Both the position numbers and the translations under genes were made by a program. Positions 21,563 to 34,685 of a DNA stretch of 51,636 nucleotides are shown here, one piece after another (positions within the stretch are counted from its first letter, which is position 1; each line of letters opens with the position of its first letter). Origin of the DNA: Macrostomum lignano (lineage: Eukaryota); assembly GCA_002269645.1 (NCBI GenBank), contig NIVC01004287.1, forward strand, positions 1 to 51,636, given 5' to 3'. The notes under the pieces are model-generated. The model ran no database searches and was not told the DNA's origin. It worked only from the letters and a program-made list of their open reading frames with translations.

Positions 21563-22234
21563 AAGTTGTCAATCGAGTACCGTCAAAATCGACAATTAAT
21601 ATGAGATTGAAAATGCGGGCTGGCATCATTGTCTGTCAAGCTGAAGTTGTCAAGGATGCTGGGGACAGAGTGATAATAGACCTAGCATAGAATTCTACAT
21701 CGTTCCTCTAAGCATTGCAAAGCCTCAAGTATCCCCAGCTATGACCTCATCTCTTCCCACATGTTGGGATAATTCTGTCTGCGTCGCAGCTCCTCTCCCA
21801 CAACCCGCAGTAGTGGGGCTTGCTAATCCTATTTGCGAACACCCACCCGGACTAAAGGATTGCGTAATCCTTGCAGAACTGCAGCCGCGGATTGACCAGC
21901 GCACCTGATGCTGGTTCTTGCAGTTTTTCAACACGCACAATCGCACAGATGCGAGCATGAAGTCATCTTTTTTTAAACATAATCATCAAGAGCGTTGCCA
22001 AATGATTAAGTGTATATCCATCAGTTCGGTGCTAGTTGGTAATTTTCTAGCTTGTTAGAATTTTCTATGGATCATATGGAAACAATTTCAATAGAACATG
22101 AGTCATGGAAAACTTCACGCTTTTTGTGATTCATTCAGTCTGTCCGTTTGATGAACTGCAGTTTTGTTATTGAGGTGCATTTGGGTTTAGGTTGTTTGGG
22201 TTTGACTGCTTTATCTATGGCTAACTGCTAGCTA

Positions 22235-22855
22235 ATTGCGTAGATGTCTAATGGGCTAATTGCCTATGATTTGTAATGAGCTAATTGCCTATTATTTGTC
22301 TAATGAGCTAATTGTCTATGATGTCTAATCGGCTAATTGCCTATAATATGTCTAATGAGCTAATTGTCTATGATGTCTAATCAGCTAATTGCCTATAGTT
22401 TCTAATGGACTAATTGCCTATGGTGTGTCTAATGGGCTAATTACCTATGATTTGTCTAATGGGCTAATTGCCTATGATTTCTAATGGGCTAATTGATTAT
22501 GATACGTCCAATGGGTAATTAGCTAATGGGCTAATTGTCTATGATCTGTCTAATGGGCTAATTGTCTATGATCTGTCTAATGGGCTAATTGTCTATGATC
22601 TGTCTAATGGGCTAATTGTCTATGATCTGTCTAATGGGCTAATTGTCTATGATCTGTCTAATGGGCTAATTGTCTATGATCTGTCTAATGGGCTAATTGT
22701 CTATGATCTGTCTAATGGGCTAATTGTCTATGATCTGTCTAATGGGCTAATTGTCTATGATCTGTCTAATGGGCTAATTGTCTATGATCTGTCTAATGGG
22801 CTAATTGTCTATGATCTGTCTAATGGGCTAATTGTCTATGATCTGTCTAATGGCC
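22235..22855. repeat. 27-bp minisatellite (GTCTAATGGGCTAATTGTCTATGATCT)n
   Basis: Degenerate on the left and homogeneous from about 22525. Confidence 0.95.
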
Positions 22856-23914
22856 TAATAGCCGATAAATATTTATGGCTAACTGACTACTTTTCAGTGC
22901 TACGTCTGTATCTGCCTGTTTAACTGAAACTCTAACCAATAAAACAAACTTCTCAATCGTGAGTAGCAGTTGATGTCGCCCGCTTCCCTGCGGTCCACTT
23001 GCTACTATTTCATTGTGCATAATTTAACGTGTGAATTTCGTGTTCCTCTTGTCCCCAAAATGATCTTTAGTAAAAAACTGAGAAAGACTAATGGAGTCCA
23101 CAGGCAACTTTGCTATCATCAATAATTTACAGGCTCCAGACACCGAAACTGACATTCTGACTTTGTAATTATCGCATCTTTTTTCAACTTAATGCTGTTT
23201 CTTGATGAAGTACTTCCTAAGCATTTCCGAGAATACAACTGAGCATTCTCTTTCTTTTATTCTCTGCCTACAAGCTACGAGCGTAGTTTTACGTCAGCAA
23301 CTTTGGCTGACCAACAAGAGCAGTCTTGTCTGGGGTTCCTTCTGTTCTGACTCAAGTCCTGACCCAGAAACTGCATCCTGTTCTCAGTATGCATGGCCAA
23401 CCCCCCCAGAGCTCGCTCCACCCGAGCTTATGAAATTATCCCCAAGTCCCAAGTCCAATCGCCTTTTTCAGTTGAGAGAATTTTAGCCTCGATAAAACCT
23501 AATTATGCTTGCGAGCTGGCTTGGTCCTGTCGGCTAATTAGAGAGAGAGGAGAGAGAGTTGTGCAGGACAGTCGCGGGCTCGAATCCTGAGTCCCTTTGG
23601 GACGGCCCATTGTCGTTCAATTTTAAAGCGACCTCCGTATGAGCGTACTGTGATGTGTCCAGCAAGGGGTTGCCAGCCATGCTGAATATTTTCTTGTCAT
23701 TATCTCGATGGCTAATTTTCTTGGGACACGCCCTTCCGCATGCGAAAGTCAATCAACACTCGGAGAGGTTAATTGCTGATCGCTAATTGGTTCGACAGTC
23801 TCGGGTCATGTGGGCGGCGCGTTTGTTTCAGGGTTGACCAAAAAATCGATTCTCGAAGATTTTCTTGTGAGTTGGCTAATGTTGTGCTGATTATGAATAT
23901 GAGCTCAATGGGAA

Positions 23915-24367
23915 TTGCTCAGATGACCTATGACTCAAGAGGGGAATTGCTCAGATGACCTATGACTCAAGAGGGGAATTGCTCAGATGACCTATGACTC
24001 AAGAGGGGAATTGCTCAGATGACCTATGACTCAAGAGGGGAATTGCTCAGATGCCAACTGACTCAAGAGGGGAATTGCTCAGATGACCTATGATTCAAAA
24101 GGGGAATCGCTCAGATGCCAAATGACTCAAGAGGAGAATCGCTCAGATGCCAAATGACTCAAGAGGGGAATTGCTCAAATGGCCAATGACTCAAGAGGGG
24201 AATTGCTCAGCTGGCCAATGACTGAAGAAGGGAATTGCTTAGATGGCCAATGACTGAAGAAGGGAATTGCTCAGCTGGCCAATGACTGAAGAAGGGAATT
24301 GTTCAGATGACCAATGACTCAAAAGGGGAATTACTCAGATGACCAATGACTGAAGAAGGGAATTGCT
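23915..24367. repeat. 32-bp minisatellite (GCTCAGATGACCTATGACTCAAGAGGGGAATT)n
   Basis: About 14 units, drifting in sequence to the right. Confidence 0.94.
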
Positions 24368-26244
24368 AAAAAAATTTCTGAGTTATTTATAATAAGCTAT
24401 TTTATAATTGATGGATAATTTTTTGCTCAGTTAGGCAAATTTCAATTTTTTAACGTCTGCGAATTCAGATCGGCATCTCGATGAGTGATGGGAAGAGCTT
24501 GCAGTGCTCTCTGAAAGCCAGAGTCCTGCTTGCAGGAAGTCGGAAAGTTGTAAATTATGGAGAGCACGAGCAGCCGACAAAAGCTCTGAAAAACATGAGC
24601 CGTAAGAATCATAGAGAACTCAATAGCCAAAAAATGGGATTGGAAGCCCCACTATTTCACTTGCTTTGGGATTCTTTTATTCTTTATTTTCCGAGGATGA
24701 AGAGGCCAAAGTGAGGCTGGAGAAAGAGAGGGAGCTCGCAAGGAAAGGAAGGGATTTTGCTTGGCAAAGACGGTTCCACCTTGCTGTAGTTGAGAGGGAA
24801 CAGGAGCGGGTCGGTCGTAAGAGACGCCGCTACCCTTTTCAATCTTTGGCAAAGGGGCAGCAGAGCCGGGCCTTGCCAAAGCCCCAAAGAAGCCTCCCCA
24901 TCCTCCGTCAGACACGCATTTTAATATCCGGTGGTTGCGGGGGGCTGACTTTTTTGAGCAGCTTGAGCAGAGAGAGAGAGAGAGAGACATGGGTGTGGGG
25001 TGTGGCGGTGGGCGGGGCCACAGCGTTTAGGTGGCCATCAATAGGCAAAAGGCCTCGAAATCGGAGTGTAAAAAAAGTGGCTCATAGTGCTCAACACCTC
25101 GCTCAGACACACACAAAAACTCTGAGCAACCTCCTCAAATCTGTGCGTCCGGAAGAACTCAGCAAAAAATGAGGAGAGAAAATTACTCTGAGATACAAAG
25201 AAACTCTCTCAGTCGTCGTGTGCGCGTGTCAGTCGTTTCTCGATTTCTGCCGCTTCTGAGGCTGCTAGCATGCGGCAATCATTTCCTGTCGGCTCCCTGC
25301 CGGCTCCCAAATGCTCACGCAGCTTTTATGCGCTTTTTCCTTCCTCTTGCATGCGTAAATTATTGGAGGTTGTAAAACACTGATTATATTAGGCAAGGTG
25401 CCGTCGTTAAAGAAGCCGCATTGGAAGGCCTTGCGAGTTCCATTAAGTCCGTAATTAATTCTACCAATTTGGCAAATTCCAACAAAATTTGTGCTTGCTG
25501 GCTGATAAACATTAAATCTGCGGTTTTTGCCATCTTGCCCAATTTCCTCTCGATCTGAGGATCCGAAATTTATGGCACACTGAGTTACTTAGATTTCAGG
25601 ACTGCAGCATTGAAGCATTGTTGCCAAACTTGAAATAAACAATCTGAGGTACTAAATGTGGAATAGATAAACTGATAACAATGCCCCACTGCAGGACTCG
25701 CTGAAGGGATGACATAAAAGGCCAGTAATCTCTCACTGAAACCTTTGGCTCTGGAGCAGGTGAAGCGTACTAAACTTACTCGAAAATGGGGAAACTGCAC
25801 CATCAATTCCAACTCCAAACAGGAGCTTCAGTAACAGAGGCCAATAGTTACACCGAGCTCAGAAACAGAGGGCCGCATCAGGATTCCGGATATTGCCAGG
25901 TAAGCCTAAGGACCGCTACCCACCCACCCCCCCCCCCTTAGTTAAATTTTTAATGACACCATCACCCGCTTAGCCTGAAAAGTGGTGGGAAACTTTTCCC
26001 ATTCCATTGTTAAGTCCGAGAGCCCGGGGAGCACTCAATTTCACACTTAAACCTTGAGTATGCTCAGCTCGATAATTGCTCGGGCAAACGCACAGGCTGA
26101 TCGATCGATTTTGGCACCCAAGGAGACAAAATTAAATTATTACCAGAAAATTTAGTGTTAGATTCAATTTTAACAATATTATCGCAGTAATACGAGCGTA
26201 CAACAAATTTGCTATAACATCTGATTGTGAACCAGGTAGAAGCC

Positions 26245-26575
26245 GTGAAGTTTCGGAGTTGTGAAGCTTTGGAGTTGTGAAGCTTTGGAGTTGTGAAGCT
26301 TTGGAGTTGTGAAGCTTCGGAGTTGTGAAGCTTCGGATTGTGAAGCTTCGGATTGTGAAGCTTCGGAGTTGTGAAGCTTTTGAGTTGTGAAGTTCGGAGT
26401 TGGGAAGCTTTGGGTTGTAAAGTTTCGGATTTTTGTATTTTCAGAATGTGAAGCTTCGGAGTTGTGAAGTTTCGGAGTTGTGAAGATTCGGAGTTGTGAA
26501 GAATTGTGAAGTTTCGGAATTGTGAAGCTTTGGAGTTGTGAAGAGTTATGAAGTTTTGGAATTGTAAAGCTTCGA
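26245..26575. repeat. 16-bp minisatellite (GAAGCTTCGGAGTTGT)n
   Basis: Degenerate array, about 20 units. Confidence 0.9.
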
Positions 26576-27454
26576 GCTTTAGAAACTTGGGATTTTTCCC
26601 GAACGGATTATCTTAATTCTGGGGCTCATCGGCGAGGCTAATCCTTAGGCAAGTTGCTGAGCACGTGTTGGGTTAAAAGTGAAAACTAAACATAGCAAAA
26701 CCAACGCAAAACAGACGGCAGTGGTTAATTTAATAATTATCGTTAATCCTGCTGAGCCTTTATCGGCATTGGATAAAATATTGCTCATTTAGTAATTTGC
26801 CTGTACAGGTGCTAATGTCGTCGCAGATCCCCATCTCAAGTTGCTCCATTATCCCAGATGTAGGGCGGGAAGAAGAGAGCAGCCACGTGAGCGGCCGGCT
26901 TAGAAAGCAGCTTTCAGCCCAGTGTCAGATTAGCGTCATTGAATTTTGCACCCAGCTCCCCATTCCTTCCTGATCATCCCCTGAGCTCCCATGCAGACTC
27001 GCCTTTCGTCCGACTCCGCCTGTCTTTTTACGATGCAGAGCCTCGGTGCTCAGTTTTAATGCCTGAACCTGCGGTGCAAATCCACAGGAGGGAATCAGCC
27101 TGCCTCCCCCTACCAGTCCCCAGTGGACAGGATTTTACTATCTATCCAGCTTCCTCCCTTAGCGTTTTGTCTTCTTCATCAACTCTCTCACTGTCTGTCT
27201 CTGGGAAAATAGTTAGCGTGAAATTGAAAGCCGCATTCTGCGGCCGGCCATTCGGTGGGGGGCTCTAAAAATGTTTCTATCTACTCAATAATTCATACCC
27301 ACTCGAGGGGAGACGGATGGATGATGTATAAGACAAAAGAGCGGGTTGGAGTAGAGATTCAGAGGGTGGAGATGCGGATGGTGAGAGGTCAGCCTTATTG
27401 CGACAAAATAGGAGTGGCCTGGCTGCAGTATCTACACAGCGTCTTCTTCTAAGA

Positions 27455-28340
27455 CAGGGTCGGCAAACTTTTTTACCTCAAGGCCCAGATAGAGAATAGG
27501 AGTGACCAGAGAAGAGGAGAGGGAGGAGAGGAGAGGAGAGGAGAGGAGAGGAGAGGAGAGGAGAGGAGAGGAGAGGAGAGGAGGAGAGGAGAGGAGAGGA
27601 GAGGAGAGGAGAGGAGAGGAGAGGAGAGGAGAGGAGAGGAGAGGAGAGGAGAGGAGAGGGGAGGAGAGGAGAGGAGAGGAGCGGAGAGGGGAGGAGAGGA
27701 GAGGAGAGAGGAGGGGAGGAGCGGAGAGGGGAGGAGAGGAGAGGGGAGAGAGGAGAGGGGAGAGAGGAGAGGGGAGGAGAGGAGAGGGGAGACAGGAGAG
27801 GGGAGAGAGGAGAGAGGAGGAGCGGAGAAGGGAGGAGAGGAGAGGGAGAGAGGAGAGAGGAGAGAGGAGAGGAGAGGAGAGGAGAGGAGAGGAGAGGAGA
27901 GGAGAGGAGAGGAGAGGAGAGGAGAGGAGCGGAGAGGGGAGGAGAGGAGAGGAGAGAGGAGGGGAGGAGCGGAGAGGGGAGGAGAGGAGAGGGGAGAGAG
28001 GAGAGGGAGGAGAGGAGAGGAGAGGAGAGAGGAGGGAGGAGCGGAGAGGGGAGGAGAGGAGAGGGAGAGAGGAGAGGGGAGAGAGGAGAGGGGAGGAGAG
28101 GAGAGGGGAGACAGGAGAGGGGAGAGAGGAGAGAGGAGGAGCGGAGAAGGGAGGAGAGGAGAGGGGAGAGAGGAGAGAGGAGAGAGGAGAGGGGAGAGAG
28201 GAGAGAAAAAATAGGGGAGATTAGAGAGAAGAGGGCTGAGAACAGACAAACCTTGAGCGGGCCGGATTGCTATTGTGAAGTTTCAGAGGACCCGAGGGCC
28301 GCATAGAGACGCTTCGCGGGCCGGAGTTTGCCGTACCCTG
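27455..28340. mobile_element. hAT (Charlie/Chaplin-like) MITE containing a purine microsatellite
   Basis: Left end CAGGGTCGGCAAACT and right end AGTTTGCCGTACCCTG. Subterminal GCGGGCCGG/GAGGGCCGCA motifs are typical of Charlie-type elements. The 8-bp flanks TTCTAAGA / TTCTAGGG match at 6/8 and resemble the NTCTAGAN target. Confidence 0.8.
27490..28240. repeat. (GAGGA)n-based purine tract inside the hAT MITE
   Basis: Direct reading. Confidence 0.95.
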
Positions 28341-29119
28341 TTCTAGGGAACTTGCATTGAAGCAAACTGACTTGCCAATATAGATATATGAGCAATGAGG
28401 GTTTGTGTTCCAGGTGTGAGACAGTTCGCCTTCAATAGCTGCACGCGGTTTAACTCATGCGAAGATATCTGATATGCCCTGGCGCACTTTCTCCAGAGAC
28501 AGCAATTTAATAGTTACACACCTTCATAGTTACGCCGTGAATAAGTTTCTTGCGTGACTGGCGGACCGAGAACGCGAGTGAAAGCGAGTAGTGAGCTTAC
28601 TGTATATCTGACTGCATATCAACCTAGGCATGCAGCTCGTATCATTATTCAATTCGCCCTGCAGAAGAAGAAGCCAAAAAACAGCACCTGCGGGAGCGCC
28701 GAGGCGGAGCTCAACTGCAATTGTTGGGGAGAGAGAGAGAGAGACGATGAAAAACAACAAAACAAAACGATGAAATGAGAAAATCTATTTCGGTACAATC
28801 GCTCTGAATATCAGCTGCAATTATTATCATACTGTGATGAGCGACAGCGGACGCGCTGTGGTCTCCGCGTTCTAGAGGTTGATATTCTCAATTCACTGAA
28901 TGCGGGCAAAAGCATTGGGAGAATTGGAACTGTGTAGAGGACGGTAGCTCCGGTACTGGGGAGGCAGGGAGCCATGGGGTGAATTGACTGAAGGCGGAGG
29001 AGTGGAGAGGGGAGAGATGAGGAGGAAGAAAGAAGGAGAGGTGAGAGAAGGAAGGAAGGAGAGAGAAGAAGGGGAGAGAGAGGAGGAGAGAGAGGAGTGG
29101 AGAGAGAGAAGGAGGGGGA

Positions 29120-30118
29120 AAGATTGGTAGGGGAGAGATTGGGAGGGGAGAGATTGGGAGGGAAGAGATTGAGAGGGGAGAGATTGGGAGGGAAGAGATT
29201 GGGCGGGAGAGATTGGGAGGGAAGAGATTGGGAGGGAAGAGATTGGGAGGGGAGAGATTGGGAGGGAAGAGATTGGGAGGGAAGAGATTGGGAGGGAAGA
29301 GATTGGGAGGGAAGAGATTGGGAGGGGAGAGATTGGAAGGGAAGAGATTGGGAGGGAAGAGATTGGGAGGGGAGAGATTGAGAGGGAAGAGATTGGGAGG
29401 GGAGAGATTGGGAGGGAAGAGATTGGGAGGGAGAGATTGGTAGGGAAGAGATTGGGAGGGGAGAGATTGGGAGGGGAGAGATTGGGAGGGGAGAGATTGG
29501 AAGGGAAGAGATTGGAGAGGGAGAGATTGAGAGGGAAGAGATTGGGAGGGGGAAAGATTGGTAGGGGAGAGATTGGGAGGGAAGAGATTGGGAGGGAAGA
29601 GGTTGGGAGGGGAGAGATTAGGAGGGAAGAGATTGGGAGGGAAGAGATTGGGAGGGGAGAGATTGGGAGGGAAGAGATTGGGCGGGGAGAGATTGGGAGG
29701 GAAGAGATTGGGCGGGGAGAGATTGGGAGGGAAGAGATTGGGAGGGAAGAGATTGGGAGGAAGAGATTGGGAGGGAAGAGATTGGGAGGGAGAGATTGGG
29801 AGGGGAGAGATTGGTAGGGGAGAGATTGGTAGGGAGAGATTGGGAGGGGAGAGATTGGGAGGGAAGAGATTGGGAGGGGAGAGATTGGGAGGGAAGAGAT
29901 TGGGCGGGGAGAGATTGGGAGGGAAGAGATTGGGAGGAAGAGATTGGGAGGGAAGAGATTGGGAGGGAAGAGATTGGGAGGGGAGAGATTGGGAGGGAAG
30001 AGATTGGGAGGGGAGAGATTGGGAGGGGAGATTGGGAGGGAGAGATTGGGAGGGAAGAGATTGGGAGGGAAGAGATTGGAGGGGAGAGATTGGGAGGGAA
30101 GAGATTGGGAGGGAAGAG
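29120..30118. repeat. 15-bp purine-rich minisatellite (GATTGGGAGGGAAGA)n, preceded by a GA-rich tract from ~28990
   Basis: About 66 units. Confidence 0.95.
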
Positions 30119-31924
30119 TTTTCAAGAGAATAGACTAGGTGACTCCAGTGGAGAAAATGCAGGTGCGCAACTGGAACAATAAGTGAGTAGCGGGGTCGCA
30201 GACATAGAAAGGGACCCTAGAAACAGAGAGGGATAGTGGAAGAGCGTGCAGAAGAGAAAAGACACCGGACACCCTCTGCAGACGTCTCCGCCCGCCCGAA
30301 CTGCCTGAGGAACCGAGGGTTCTATTCCAAGGCAAACTTGAAACTGGAGAACACAAGACGGGACACCCAGAGACGGCATTGCATGTCTGTGGGCATTCGG
30401 TCACGTGCCACCGCTTGCGCCCTATTTAAAACGCACATCCTTCTCAATGCTTTTCTATGCCTAAATATATTCTCTTTATACGAGCTACTCTGTTCATAGA
30501 AAGCAAATTGCCGCAGCAGTGACTTTGCATAATGAGCAGAATTCATGCATTCAATTCCGAAGCAGAAGTGGTGTACACGAAGACAAAGAAAAGAATATGA
30601 AGGCGAGAATACAGCTTGTAAACAGCTTAAACTAATAGGTCCGTCAACGATCGTCAGGTAAAGAGATGAGAAGTGGAAGGAGCGAAATGCCCCTAGATCG
30701 TTTCTCATTGGTTGACAGGCTTGACCAATCAGAAGCTCCCTCCATCGACGCAGATATACGCTATAGATTGGAGAAGTGTCGCTGAAATAAACGAGGCTTA
30801 TTAGGGACACTGGTGGACCTTGGTTTGAACAAAAAACCAGTTAGATTGACTAGTCTAGCAATCCATTTGCGACAGCTCAGCTTACAGAGTGAGTTCGACT
30901 TTCGACTGCAAGATCCACACGACCGTCAAATTAAAAAGTAGCATCTGTGAGGTGAGTCTCAATCAGCAAGCTCATACTGAAACTTGTAATAAAAAATAGT
31001 AAAATTCAATAGCAATGATAGAATGATTTTATTCTAGCTGGTAGGGAAAGGCACTGGTTTTAACAAATACATGCAGCCTGAGCTTTGCAGCTTCCATAGT
31101 TGCCAAGGTGCCCCCCGCTGCTGTTTGGTATGGTGAGGGAGGGGCTGCTGCTGGTGGAAGTCACCGGCCTGGGCCGTTGCAGGGGTTCCGATCCCGCAGC
31201 CAGATAAACCGGAGCCTGCGCCCGCTTTGGGGAACTGTTCTCTGTGGGTGTTTGGGCGGTGTGTGTGTGTGTGTGTGTGAGTGTAAAGAATTGTTTTTAC
31301 TGGCTACAAAGTCTGAATTGAGTAGCAATGAGCTGCCTGAACTGCCTCATATCGGCCTCTCATCGCACTACCGCCACAGGGCGCCAGCTCTAATGTGAGC
31401 TATAAGGCCTGGAGTCCTCCAGCTCCACCTTCCACTTCTCAACCAGGAAAAAACGCATGAATATTGAATGACTTTCGCGGATGGAGCTGGACTGGGATGG
31501 GGAGGGGAAGCTGGGGGGAAATTCTTCTGCTGGTCGTATGCGTTTCCTCCTCACCATAACCGCAACAATAACAGTTGCGCAATTTCCTACGAGCAACTGT
31601 CAGTCAACTCCTAGAAGCAGATTTTGGGTTATAATATTGGCTTTGAAACACGTGGATCGTGTAAGCCTTGTTTTCGGTTTTCATTTTGATTCTCAACTCT
31701 CATTTTCATGACGCAGGTGGATCGGGCCCACCGACTCACTTTTGAATATATTTTAGTCAAAAAATTGTTTCTGCTCAGCTGAGTCAGTATACTAAACAGT
31801 AGAACTGTGTATCAAATACTCACCTTTGCTACTTCGAAGCCATCGAATATTCGCTAACAGTTGAACGCAGTAGATTTTAACCAGCCACTTTTAGCCTAGC
31901 ATGCACTTCTCATGTCTACGCTTG

Positions 31925-32380
<456 letters not shown>

Positions 32381-33499
32381 GCGTCGCTTACCCATTTCGG
32401 AGTACTCTCTAACTGACATCGGCTTAAGAGAAGTGCGGGCTACTCAACTTTGCCAGTTGCTAGGGCCTTTAGGCGCTTTAATCTTCGCTGCATTATTCCT
32501 GCACTTTGAAGCGGAAATCCCCAGTCGGCTTGTTGAAAAAATATCTATCATAAATGCGGTCCATTAGCTTTCGCCCGCGGGCCCTGCGTTGGAGAACCCA
32601 GAGGTCCATCAACTTGTCGGAGAGAGTTGATTCGCCATTCTGATTGTGCAGCGTTGCTAAGGCCGATCTCCCGCAGTTTCTGAGGCACGAATTTTAAGCT
32701 GGCAACTCTCGTCTATCTTAGGGCAAGTGTCTCTATCACCCGCGTCCCCGCCTCCACAGCCTCTCAGCAGGGATTGAGCAACTGCAGTGAATGAGCAGCT
32801 GCGTTAATTGGCCAATGTCTCAGGTTCTGTTTGTCAGCGGCCAATAGCTGGATAAGTTTGCTCAGATGTGGCTGCTCAGGTTGGGGCCCGGTCAGTGCTG
32901 AGTTGAGACATATCGGCGCTGTGGAATCGGCATGTTTACGCAGGGGGGAGGGAATTTTGAAAGCTTGAATGATGAAGCAGCAGGGGGGGGTGGAGGAGAA
33001 ACCTTCGAACCCTGAGCCGCTTCGATTAACTCTCTTCGTGGGAGAATTATCCCTTGCCAGGCCACCAAGAGCCTGAGCAAAATCCGTAGGATAACACTGT
33101 GGCAATCAAGATGAGAAGAGCCAGTCGGGCAAACGGGGGGGGGGGGTAAAACTGGCGTGTAGGATATAATTATTTCTGGGCAGAGCAAATTATGACGTAA
33201 CTGTACAAAGCCAGGGAGCTTTGGAGAGGACGTTTTTCCTCTTTACTTCTCAATTTCTATTTGCCACGGGTTCAAGTGAGTCGTGGGAGAAAAAAAACTT
33301 TTTTTCGGTTGAGAAAATAATTTCTATATCAGAATGAATTTCAAAGAGAACGGCTCGCGGTTCGCAGTGGGTGGTGGTGAGGGATGGTGGTTACGGAGAA
33401 TGCTTTTTTGGGGCTATTAGTTAACCGAAGCAGAGAATTTAATGGATATTCTAGTATTGAATGGTATATGGGATGGCTACAGCGTCTATATATTAGTTC

Positions 33500-34685
33500 C
33501 AGATTGGTTCCCGCGTTAATAGATTGGTTCCAACATCTATAGATGCATCTATAGATTGTTTCACGCATCTATAGATTGGTTCCCGTATCTATAGATTGGT
33601 TCCCGCATCTATAGATTGGTTCTAACATTTATAGATTGGTTCCCGCGTCTATAGATTGGTTGTAACATTCATAGATTGGTTCACGCTTCTATAGATTGGT
33701 TCCCGCATCTATAGATTGGTTCCAGCATCTATAGATTGGTTCCCGCATCTATAAATTGGTTTCCGAATCTATAGATTGGTTCCCGCATCTATAGATTGGT
33801 TCCCGCATCTATAGATTGGTTCCCGCATCTATAGATTGGTTCCCGCATCTATAGATTGGTTCCCGCATCTATAGATTGGTTCCCGCATCTATAGATTGGT
33901 TGTAACATTCATAGATTGGTTCACGCTTCTATAGATTGGTTCCCGCATCTATATATTGGTTCCAGCATCTATAGATTGGTTCCCACATATATAGATTGGT
34001 TTCCGAATCTATAGATTGGTTCCCGCATCTATAGATTGGTTCCCGCATCTAGAGATTGGTTCCCGCATCTATAGATTGGTTCCCGCATCTAGAGATTGGT
34101 TCCCGCATCTATAGATTGGTTCCCGCATCTATAGATTGGTTCCCGCATCTATAGATTGGTTCCCGCATCTATAGATTGGTTCCCGCATCTATAGATTGGT
34201 TCCCGCATCTATAGATTGGTTCCCGCATCTATAGATTGGTTCCCGCATCTATAGATTGGTTCCCGCATCTATAGATTGGTTCCCGCATCTATAGATTGGT
34301 TCCCGCATCTATAGATTGGTTCCCGCATCTAGAGATTGGTTCCCGCATCTATAGATTGGTTCCCGCATCTATAGATTGGTTCCCGCATCTATAGATTGGT
34401 TCCCGCATCTATAGATTGGTTCCCGCATCTATAGATTGATTCCCGCATCTATAGATTGGTTCCCGCATCTATAGATTGGTTCCCGCATCTATAGATTGGT
34501 TCCCGCATCTATAGATTGGTTCCCGCATCTATAGATTGGTTCCCGCATCTATAGATTGGTTCCCGCATCTATAGATTGGTTCCCGCATCTATAGATTGGT
34601 TCCCGCATCTATAGATTGGTTCCCGCATCTATAGATTGGTTCCCGCATCTATAGATTGGTTCCCGCATCTATAGATTGGTTCCCG
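33500..34685. repeat. 20-bp minisatellite (ATAGATTGGTTCCCGCATCT)n
   Basis: About 58 units, homogeneous in the right half. Confidence 0.97.

Noticed and set aside
22235-22855. TAATGG/TAATTG homeodomain-site array (and CCAAT in each unit of the 33.5-kb array) as an enhancer
   Set aside because: Short motifs replicated by tandem amplification; nothing in the sequence indicates function.
24666-25172. 168-aa charged ORF
   Set aside because: No domain recognised, runs through GA simple repeats, and lacks the codon bias of the true exons.
32570-32605. Charlie-like right end (GCCCGCGGGCC...GTTGGAGAACCC)
   Set aside because: No matching left end or TSD found; at most a solitary decayed fragment.
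33500-34685. Regular 20-32 bp repeats (also 23915, 38845, 45221) as CRISPR-like arrays
   Set aside because: Units are directly adjacent with no unique spacers, there are no cas genes, and the context is eukaryotic.
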